A stretch of 64,000 bases of DNA from Felis catus (Eukaryota), in assembly GCF_018350175.1 (NCBI RefSeq), contig NC_058381.1:39866001-39930000 (forward strand). Direction: 5' to 3'. Below are positions 53,401 to 64,000 of the stretch, piece by piece. Within the stretch, counting starts at the first letter, position 1, and the number at the start of each line of letters is the position of its first letter. A model generated the notes under the pieces. That model saw nothing but the letters and a program-made list of their open reading frames with translations, was not told the DNA's origin and made no database searches. A program made the translations under genes and the position numbers.

Positions 53401-56400
53401 TTATTTTTTCAAGAAACCAACACTTGGTTTCATTGATCTGCTGTACAGTCTTTTTAGATTCTATATTGTTTATTTCTGCTGTGCTCTTTATTATTTCTCT
53501 TCTTCTGCTGGGTTTGGGGTGTCTTTGCTGTTCTGCTTCTGTTTCCTTTAGGTGTGCTGTTAGATTTTGTATTTGGGATTTTTCTTGTTTCTTGAGATAG
53601 GCCTGGATTGTGATGTATTTTCCTCTCAGGACTGCCTTCGCTGTGTCCCAAAGCGTTTGTATTGTTATATTTTCATTTTCGTTTGTTTCCGTATAGTTTT
53701 TAATTTCTTCTCTGATTGCCTGGTTGACCCATTCATTCTTTAGTAAGGTGTTCTTTAACCCCTATGCTTTTGGAGGTTTTCCAGACTTTTTCCTGTGGTT
53801 GATTTCAAGATTCATAGCATTGTGGTCTGAAAGTGTGCACGGTATGATCTCAAGTCTTTTATACTTATGAAGGGCTGTTTTGTGAGCCAGTATGTGATCT
53901 ATCTTGGAGAATGTTCCACGTGCATTCGAGAAGAAAGTATATTCTGTTGCTTTGGGATGCAGAGTTCTAAATATATCTGTTAAGTCCGTCTGATCCAATG
54001 TATCATTCAGGGCCCTTGTTTCTTTTCTGGTCCTGTGTCTAGATGATCTATCCGTTACTGTAAGTGGAGTGTTAAAGTCCCCTGCAATGACCACATTCTT
54101 ATCAATAAAGTTGCTTATGTTTGTGATTAATTGTTTTATATATTTGGGGGCTCCCATATTCAGTGCATAGACATTTATAATTGTTGGCTCTTCCTGATGG
54201 ATAGACCCTGAAATTATTACATAATGCCCTTCTTCATCTCTTGTTACGGCCTTTAATTTAAAGTCTAGTTTGTCTGATGTAAGTATGGCTACTCCAGCTT
54301 TCTTTTGACTTCCAGTAGCATGATAGATAGTTCTCCATCCCCTCACTTTCAATCTGAAGATCTTCTCAGGTTTAAAATGAGTCTCTTCTAGACAGCAAAT
54401 AGATGGGTCTTGTTTTGTTTTGTTTTGTTTTGTTTTGTTTTGTTTTGTTTTGTTTTGTTGTTTTTATCCATTCTGATACCCTATGTCTTCTGGTTGGAGC
54501 ATTTAGTCCATTGACATTTAGTGTTATTATAGAAAGACATGGGTTTAGGGTCATCATGATGTCTGTAGGTTTCATGCTTGTAGTGATATCTCTGGTACTT
54601 TGTGGTCCTTGAACATTTCACTCACAGAATCCCCTTTAGGATCTCTTGTAGGGCTGGTTTAGTGGTGATGAATTCCTTCAGTTTTTGTTTGTTTGGGAAG
54701 ACGTTTATTTCTCCTTCTATTCCAAAGGACAGACTTGCCGGATAAAGGATTCTCGGCTGCATATTTTTTCCGTTCATCACATTGAAGATTTCCTGCCATT
54801 CCTTTCTGGCCTGCCAAGTTTCAGTAGACAGGTCTGTCACTAGTCTTATCGGTCTCCCTTTATATGTTAGAGCGTGTTTATCCCTAGCTGCTTTCAGAAT
54901 TTTCTCTTTCTCCTTGTGTTTTGCCAGTTTCACTATGATACGTCGTGCAGAAGATCGATTCAAGTTACGTCTGAAGTGAGTTCTCTGTGCCTCTTGGATT
55001 TCAGTGCCTTTTTCCTTCCCCAGATCAGGGAAGTTCTCAGCTATGATTTCTTCAATTACACCTTCAGCCCCTTTCTCTCTGTCTTCCTCTTCTGGAATTC
55101 CTAGTATACGGATATTGTTGCGTTTTATTGCATCACTTAGTTCTCTAATTCTCCCCTCATACTCCTGGACTTTTTTATCTCTTTTTCTCAGCTTCCTCTT
55201 TTTCCATAATTTTATCTTCTAATTCACCTGTTCTCTCCTCTGCCTATTCAATCCGAGCTGTGGTCGCCTCCCTTTTATTTTGCACCTCATTTATAGCATT
55301 ATTTAGCTCCTCCTGACTATTTCTTAGTCCCTTGATCTCTGTAGCAATAGATTCTCTGCTGTCCTCTACACTTTTTTCAAGCCCAGCGATGAGTTTTAGG
55401 ACTATTATTCTAAATTCTCTTTCCGCTATATTGCTTAAATCGTTTTTGATCAATTCGTTAGCTGTTGCTACTTCCTGGAGTTTCTTTTGAGGAGAATTCT
55501 TCCGTTTCGTCATTTTGGATAGTCCCTGGGGTGGTGCGGAACTGCAGGGCACTTCCCCTGTGCTGTCTGGAGTAACTTGTGTTGGTGGGCGGGGCCGCAG
55601 TCAGACCAGATGTCTGTCCCCAGCCCACCGCTGGGGCCACAGTCAGACTGGTGTGTACCTTATCTTCCCCTCGCCCAGGGGCAGGACTCACTGTGGAGTG
55701 GAGTGGCCCCTGTGTGGGCTACTTGCACACTGCCAGGCTTGTGGTGCTGCTTTCATGGGATCTGGCGTATTAACCGGGGTGGATCCGCAAGGTGCACAGG
55801 GGCGGGAGGGGCGGGCTCAGCTCGCTTTGCTGTCGGTGGTCCCCTGAGGGAGGGGCCCTGAAGCACCAGGGAGGGAGGGTGACCCGTCCGAGGGATGGAT
55901 CCACAGAAGCACAGCGCTGGGTGTTTGTGCGGTGCAAGCAAGTTCGGTGAACTGGTTCCCTTTGGGGTTTTGGCTGGGGGATGGGAGAGGGAGATGGCGC
56001 TGGCCAGCGCCTTGGTTCACCGCGGAGCTGAGCTCTTGTCTTCCAGGGCTCAACACCTCTCCCTCCCGGTGTCCTCTCGCCCTCCCTCTCTCCGAGCAGA
56101 GCTGTTGACTTATAACATGCCGGATGTTCAGTCCCGCTGGCTGTCAGAACTCATGCAGTCCGGCCCCTCCGCTTTTGCAAGCCAGACTCGGGGGCTCTGC
56201 CTTGCCGGGCGGGCTTCCCCTCCACCACCCCGGCTACCTCTCGCCAGTCCGTGCAGCCCGTCCCGCCTCTCCGCCCTTCCTACCCTCTTCCGTGGGCCTC
56301 TTGTCTATGCTTGGCTCCAGAGAGTCCATTCTGCTAGTCTTCTGGTGGTTTGCTGGGTTATTTAGGCAGGTGTGGGTGGAATCTAAGTGATCAGCCGGAC

Positions 56401-56440
56401 GAGGTGAGCCCAGCGTACTCCTACGCCTCCATCTTCTCCC
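50448..56440 (-). mobile_element. Full-length LINE-1, copy 3
   Basis: Duplicate of 27076-33068. Confidence 0.97.
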
Positions 56441-56911
56441 TGTTTCTTATCTTATTCTTAATAAAATTATTCTGCATCAATTCTGGAAAAAAACAGACAA
56501 GTTTGAATATTCAGCAAGTTCCTCTCCTGAGGATTTACCTTTTGCTGGCAAATCTACAGCAAACAGTTTTTGGATCTATTTCAAATGTGAATGGAATGTA
56601 GTCAATTCGGGTTCTTTTAGTTACTATTTCTGCTTATTCTCCATTTTGTGATAGTCCAACATAGCACACAGCAAGTCTTTTGAAAGACTTATTACATATG
56701 GTTGAGACACATCCGGGAAGACCACACATAGAGACCTACTACTTTGTTCTGTTCATTTTAGCATTGGGGAAGTGCCTCTCTCAAATTACTGCCAGGTTTT
56801 AAAGCATGTATGTTGAGTGGATTTGTTGAGATAGACACATTGACAGTTACTGGCATTACAGATGTGATGTGGAGTCTCCTACCCAGGTATTTACAGTTAA
56901 CTGAAAAGATT

Positions 56912-56961
<50 letters not shown>

Positions 56962-59192
56962 CTTTAATAAAATTTGAAACAGTTACATCAAAGGTGGGAA
57001 TAGTAGTGTAATTTAAGTAAAGAGTTGTGTTTTAGGCAAATTAGCCAAGATGACAGTTTAGTAAAGACAGAGATTTTATTCATAAATAATTGTAGTCACC
57101 ATTTCTCACTTACTTTTACGATTTAGTATAAATTTTAGATGAAATTTACACACATTGGAATGCACAAATCCTAACTGTATTCATCCAGTGTATTACGTTT
57201 TCAAAAACTGATGCACATCCATGTAATCCCCACATTTATCAAGAAGAAGAACATGCCCTTAGACCAAAAGGTCCCCACTTGTCATTTAGTAAACTCCCTG
57301 ATGCCAGAGGCAATTGCCGTCTCAATACATTTCTCACCGTCACATTGTTTTGATCTAGAACTCCAAACAAATGATAATATAGTATAATTTCTGTTCTGTC
57401 CTCCACTTAGCTTGGCACATGCTAATGTTGATGCAGGTGTCACTAGATCAGACCTGTCCTAACAAAGTACCAAGGTTTGTGATAGCTATTACCAATTACT
57501 TTCATGGTAGGGTAACCAACTTTCATTTAAGCTCATCATTTTTAATAACATAAACAGAGTAAGAAATTGAGTTCCTCCTGGTTTTCAAAAAAATTTCATA
57601 TTGTGGAAAACATACATATACTAAAACGTGTAAAACATATAAATACAAAAATCATTATGGAGCAAATCGTCTCTATACACAACACTTGAGTCGAGAAATA
57701 GAACACTGCTCTCAAGATGGCTCTTCCTATGTCTTTTCTTGGTCATAATTCTCCTTCTATCTTATAGATGGCTACTATGCTGATTCCTCAAGTAACTATT
57801 TCATCTATTTTCTTTACAGTTTTATAACCTAGGTATGACCCCGAAACAATAGAGTTTGCTTTTAAATGTTTTCACATTTTATATAAGGAAATCTTAGTAT
57901 ATATGTGTTTGGATTCTTTCACTCAATTATGGTGGCCCAATAATTTCAGCCTCTTGGTGTTCAGAGTCTCATGTAATTTCCTCCCCTTGAGTAACTTGCT
58001 TCTACCCACAGGATAGGACAACATCGAGTGACTGAGTTACAAATGATTGTGATTTTCATTTTAATGCCAACTCTTTCTCCCTCTCTCACTGGCTTTGATG
58101 AAGCCAGGCGCTATGTGGGAGAGATCCTTGCAGCAGAGACCTGAGCGCAGTCTCATTCGACGACCAGCAAGGAAGTGAGGTCCTCCCTCCTGTGGACTGC
58201 GAGGAATTGAATCCTGCCAATGACCACATAAGTGACCTTGGAAGTGGATTCTTCCCCAGACCATACCTAGATGAAACCCTGGTGCCAGCCAGCACTTTGA
58301 GTGCAGACTTGTGAAACCCTACGAAATGGAGAGTCTGGGTGGGCCGTACCTGGATTTTGGATCCACAGAAAGAGAGAAAATAAATTTGAGTGTCACTCTG
58401 AGCTACTAAATTTTTAGGTAATGTTACATAACAGTAGGTAACTGGTATAGATTTATCTAGGGCCACGGCCCACACAGGTGAGAAGGGAGGGATCAGAAGG
58501 TGCAGAGAGAAATAGAAATGCTAAAATGGGTATAGTCATAAGGTCACAAAGCCCACGTAGCCATTCCCTAGGAGGGTCTGGGGCACTCTCTTTATCACGC
58601 TATTAGGGACTCATGAAGTACCGGTGTCAGCAGCATCTTGGGAGAGGAGTGCCTATTGTCTAAAGTTGGAGGTTGTGGTAGGGAATACTGTGACCAAACT
58701 GTGCTCCCTGGGAAGAATGGGGATGGTCATAGCTCTGAATGACTGAGTCATGTGCAGGACTTAATTGTAGGAAGTAATGTGGGTATCATTATGTGATTGC
58801 CAACACGGTTGGAATGACAAAGGGGGCAGAATGATATGTGACCCTCAGGGATCTATCAATATGGATAATAGAGCATGGTTTCCCTCATAATAGGATATAG
58901 GCAACGAACTCAGTTTCACCCTCATGTACCCAAAAGCCTACACGCACGTGCGCACGTGCGCACACACACACACACATACAAACACACACAGACATGTACA
59001 CCTACCCCTGGTTCTGCCCATGTCTGTGCATTTCTGTCATTAACCTTGCTCCAGGTGGTTTGTCACAGTTTCTATAAAAACCTACAAGTAGAGAGTTAAT
59101 GGTCAGCTTCTCTGCTCCTTAGCTGACTTGCCTGGCACAGTGACCAAGGTCTTCATTCCTTATATTTCTTATATTCCTTATTCCTTATATAG

Positions 59193-59238
<46 letters not shown>

Positions 59239-61739
59239 AATTAAAAGAAGATAAGAATAAAGAACAAAGGCTGAGGTCATTGATCCAATGGAAAGTCATG
59301 TTCCCTGACACAGTTGGCAGAGTCAGGCTATTAGCAGACCTAGAAGCCATTAACCTACAAATGGAGAGGCCAGTCCTCTGGGTTGAAGGGCTGCACGAGT
59401 ACATATCGTAGAAATTCTTTCATCCTTCTTCCAGAAGTCTATGGCCATTGGTTCAGCGGAAGCTAGAATGCTCATGGGTTTGCAGGCTGTTGGACATGGG
59501 ATCTCAGTTGAACTCACTGCTGGATACCCACGATCCTTTATGTCCCCTATTTAAATACCTTGATCTAGGTGTGAGAGTTAAAGGAGAACTTTCCCCATTA
59601 CCTTCATCTGAATGGTCCACTAGGGGGAATTTGTGCCTCCTCCTACGATAATTGTAGGCTGTGTGCCTCTAGAGGTCTCAGGTCTGAGACAGGAAAGCTC
59701 ATTGGAAGGCACGTGGGTAGTTCTGATTGGAAGTAAAATTCTGGCTGCCACCTCATCCCTTTGGGTTTCTAGTGCCAGGAAGGCAGCGGTCAACGTTAGG
59801 AGCTACAGGGGCCACAGGGAATATTTTTAGCATTCAGGTGATCTGCAGGGACATTTGTGGCGTTCCTATTCCCGGCATTCACTGCAGATGGGCCAGTAGT
59901 GTAGCCTGAAGAGGACATAGGACCCATGGGTTCAGAACTCTCAGGGATGGGGACCTTGGTCACAACACCAGGCAAGGAAGCTAAAGGAAGAGAGGACCTG
60001 CCCTCTAACCCTCATGTTGTAGGTTTTTACAGAAACTGGGACAAACCACATGGCGCAAGGTTAATGAGAGAAATCCACAGACATGAGCAGAACCAGGGGT
60101 AGGTATACAATATCCCATCCTGATGCTCTTTGCCATATGTGCCCTCATCCACAAGGTAGTGTGAGTATGGACTATGAGTGGCTCACACTGATCACACACT
60201 GTAGGTAAGGGTCTCAGCCTCTGGGGTGGGGGACACCTGGAGTTCTTCCTCTCCATCCTTTCCACCCATCAGAGGATGTCAAAACGTAGTGAAAGTGATG
60301 TAGGAGTACCATGGCCTAACCCCTTAGCCCCTGTGACGAGCAAGTCCATGGCCCAGTACACACCCCTCATCTGTGGGTCAGAATACGGGGGTGGAGTTGA
60401 AACGAAAGCACCCTTTGTCTTAGCTTCTTTTACTACCCTGTGCTGACTCCGCTTTGCACTGGGTCTCCTGAGAGCACCTCCTTCCTTATGCAGTACTTAT
60501 GCAGGAATACCCGTTGTAGGCTCTGGTGTTTTGAATGCAACGTGAGAATCGCAGTTTGGTGCGGTCCACCTCAAGCATAGCCTCCTTGAGAGAGACACTT
60601 CCTAACATGGTGAGCTGTTTTATTCGTGGGAGTGTCTCCTGTCCCTCGGGATACATGATCTTTCAGGAATTGGACACAGGAAGTCTAAAACCAAGTGTGT
60701 ACAAGCTGTGAGAAGCAACAGCATCCTATGAAAAGATTCAGTGGTTCAGCGGAGAATAAGGTCGAGAGCCCACGGTGTCACCCAGTGACCGTTCATATCA
60801 TAGGGAAATGTTTGAAGGCACTGTTACTGAGACTTGGAACACTGGTGTCAGGTCGACCTCAGGGTCGGAGCTCAAAACAGGCTTGAGACCAAGTAGATTG
60901 TCTGGGAGGTGGTCCCAAGTAGTGCTCTAGGGATACTGTGAAGTGATCCAGGGAAGGGTGGAAACCAATCCAGGTTGATTTCAAGAGCAGGTGAGTCTTG
61001 TGGGCATCAGGGGTTCGTTCAGTGCTACTGAGGCCCTCTGGTCTCACATGTCCCACTAGAGGGGATAGAGGCTAGAGCACTTATCCACCAACTACTGGCT
61101 ACCTTTCGAACGCTCCTCCCAGGCACGTGCCTTCCATATTGCGTCCTTCGCGATCTGCTCCTTCATGTAGACCGAGCCCTCCGCAGAGAGTTCCAGGTGC
61201 TTGCTGCAAGCCACCGTCCTACACTGTTAGCATGGGAAGGACTGAGGTGATAGAAGTGAAAATCCTGAAATCGCCTGCTATGATCTCCTCGTTGTGCAGG
61301 TCTTCTATTGAAGACCTGGCAGCTAAGGGTGACCACTCACGAAGGAAAAAAGAATGAGACACGATTCTTTACATTTAATGCCTGGAAAGTTAAGATTTAT
61401 TTGGTATATAGAAACATCTCCATATAGAACATTTGGCAGTAACAGATACATCAGGTAGGATGATATGTTATTGTATATCAGGGAAAATACAACCTTTGTA
61501 CTGAATTGGGATGGACATCATAAGAAAGAGGTGGGAGGGAATTGGGCGGTGGGGTGGTATATTCCAAGGCCAACCAGTTGAAAAATCATTGGGAACTGAG
61601 GATTTACAGTTGGCCTCACATGATTCAGCTGCCAGTTGGACGACATGAAGGAGATTGGCTGATGAAAACAGCAGGGTGCAGGTGAGGGCACTCAGCAGCA
61701 GCAAGAGCCACTAGAGCAGGTTGGGTGGTGGCAGGGGGT

Positions 61740-62291
61740 CTAGCAACAGCTGGGGCGGCAGCAGCTGGACACACAGCAGGTGGGGCGGCAGCAGGTGGTC
61801 CGGCAGCAGGTGGTCTGGCAGCAGGTGGGGCGGCAGCAAGGCTGGCAGCAGCTGGAGCCACAGCAATTAGAGCCACAGCAGCTGGAGCCCCCACAGCAGG
61901 GGCGGCAGCAGCTGGACACACAGCAGGTGGGGCGGCAGCAGGTGGTCCTGCAGCAGGTGGTCTGGCAGCAAGGCTGGCAGCAGCTGGAGCCACAGCAGCT
62001 GGAACCCCCACAGCAGGGGCGGCAGCAGGTGGTCCTGCAGCAGGTGGTCTGGCAGCAGGTGGGGCGGCAGCAGCTAGAGATGCAGCAGCTGGGCCTGCAG
62101 CAGCTGGAGCCACAGCAATTAGAGCCACAACAGCTGGAGCCACAGCAGGAGGGGCGGCAGCAGCTGGACACACAGCAGGTGGGCCGGCAGCAGGTGGTCC
62201 TGCAGCACGTTGTCTGGCAGCAGGTGGGGCGGCAGCAAGGCTGGCAGCAGCTGGAGCCACAGCAGCTGGAGCCACAACAGGAGTTGACCAT
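61740..62291 (-). CDS. KRTAP4: KRTAP4-like type B, copy 3
   Basis: Protein identical to 15002-15553. Confidence 0.9.
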   Translation of the reverse strand: MVNSCCGSSCCGSSCCQPCCRPTCCQTTCCRTTCCRPTCCVSSCCRPSCCGSSCCGSNCCGSSCCRPSCCISSCCRPTCCQTTCCRTTCCRPCCGGSSCCGSSCCQPCCQTTCCRTTCCRPTCCVSSCCRPCCGGSSCCGSNCCGSSCCQPCCRPTCCQTTCCRTTCCRPTCCVSSCCRPSCC

Positions 62292-64000
62292 GGTATCAGA
62301 GGGTGGAGGTTCTGGGCTGGTTTCCAGGAGAGTGAGGGGCTGGACTTTGGAAGTCTCCTTGTGCCCTGGCCTCTTATATACTGCTCGTACCGGGTGATTT
62401 GTCAACACATCTTCCTTGTGTTTGTTTACCTAATATTTAAGTAATTGTCAGATTACAGAATAATGTGTGTCTATGTACTGGTTGAAACTGATGGCAAAGA
62501 GGTTTTCTTGTTGGATGTGAGAAACTCTGCGTGGTCTGCTTTTCCTCCTGACCTACACCCACTGGCATCCTCTGGACCACTCTCCTCTTCTTCCTCCACA
62601 GCAGGCTGTCATGTGGTAGGTGGCATTTGCAATTACATTTCTTGTTTTCCTCTCCTACACCCCTAGCAGCAAGGGGTTAAGGCAAACCTGTTTTGGATTG
62701 TGCATTTCTTCCAATGGTCAGTGGGAGGGAACCCCATCTGCATAGTGTGGAGGTGGCATGGGACAAGAGGAAAAGGTCCTATTTTATGGGTCAGTTTTAA
62801 TGAGGAAGGGAGTCAGTGTCTATGAACACGTGATGTTGGTAACCTCTGCCACTGGAATGGGTTTTCTTGTTTCTAACTTTAATGTTTCTGCCTTTGGATC
62901 ACGTTCTCTACCCCAAAGCCACGGCAGACAATTGGGTGCATGGTTCCCATCACTGCCACGATTTGTAGTTCATTGAGTGTTATCATTGCCGTCATGTATC
63001 TTTGCATTACATTTCTCTGGAAGGTCTTTAGACTGTGGAAGACACCGCCTTTACAAATTCTTATCTCATTCTTAATAAAGCATATTCTTCAATGGAGGAG
63101 AAAAAAAAAGTTGAATAATCAGAATGCACTCTCCTCTGATCTTATCTCCATAGCTGGGAATTCTAGAGTGCACATTTGTTTGGATCCATTTAAAATGTGA
63201 ATGGATTTTAGTGTAGTCAGGTTACATAGTTGGTCTTTATACTTATTCCCCATTTACTAATAGTCCAACTTGAGGATGCAGCAAGTATCTGAAGGGCTCA
63301 TAAGATATGGTGCGACAAATCTCAGAAGTTCTGAATATGGCGCTAGGGGTGTGGGCTGAAATTTGGCATTTCTGCCAAGTACCCAGATGATGCTGAAGGC
63401 CCCAGGATGACACTTAGAGGCCTGTTCCTTTGTCCTGATCCTTTAAGCTCTGAGAGGTGCCTCTGTGTAGTTCCTGTGTGCTTTTAAAGCCGACTTGTTG
63501 AATGGCTTTAAAGAGATACACACATTGCCAGTTGTTGATGTTCTATGTACCGTTTAGGGTCTCCTCCCCGGAAATGCACAGGCTACTGAGAAGCCCCACC
63601 ATGAACACACTTACAGATAACTGCAATGTAGTATTGAAAGAACCGTCAAAGGAGTTCGTAGTAGTATGATTTAACTAGAAGAATTGTGTTTGAGGCAAAT
63701 CAGCCAAGAAGACAGTTTGGTAAAACCATAGAGTTACTCATAAATAAACTACTTAGTGTTTCTTGTTTACATTTTGTGATTTATTTCGCAACGTAGAAGG
63801 GATTTACACACAGTTGAATCTATTTATCCTAAGTGTACTCATCCATAGTGATGAGTTATGATACACAGAAGCAGGTCCATGTAATCCCCCCATCTCTCAG
63901 TAGAACATTTCCATTATGGCAGAAAGTCCCCACTTGTCCCTTACTAAAGTCTGAACTACCATAGAGGCAATCACTGTTTTCATGTATTTTTCACTGTAGA

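Larger units (their letters stand above)
47372..64000. repeat. Tandem unit, copy 3 (partial, runs off window)
   Basis: Near-identical to 24000-40628. Confidence 0.97.

Overview
Mammalian genomic DNA, almost certainly a felid/feliform carnivore (cat-type CanSINE and cat-type L1 3' ends), from the keratin-associated protein (KRTAP4) cluster. The window holds about 2.7 tandem copies of a ~23.37 kb unit; the copy 2 to copy 3 offset is exactly 23,372 bp. Each unit is a dimer of two older, diverged monomers. Each monomer carries one intronless minus-strand ultra-high-sulfur KRTAP4-like gene (type A 198 aa, type B 183 aa; six intact ORFs in total) with a TATA box and AATAAA, plus MLT1/ERVL and old L1M remnants. 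Monomer A has a full-length decayed L1 about 0.75 kb upstream of its ATG. Monomer B has a TSD-flanked ~4 kb insertion containing a fold-back of two L1 3' ends with a strong same-strand A>G excess (a candidate fossil of an ADAR-edited RNA), a nested 5'-truncated L1, and an adjacent CanSINE. All six genes stop at a TAG followed in frame by a KRTAP-like Cys-rich tail. The N runs look like length-preserving masks, not gaps. Repeat-family calls and identity estimates are by eye and from memory of consensus sequences, not from searches.
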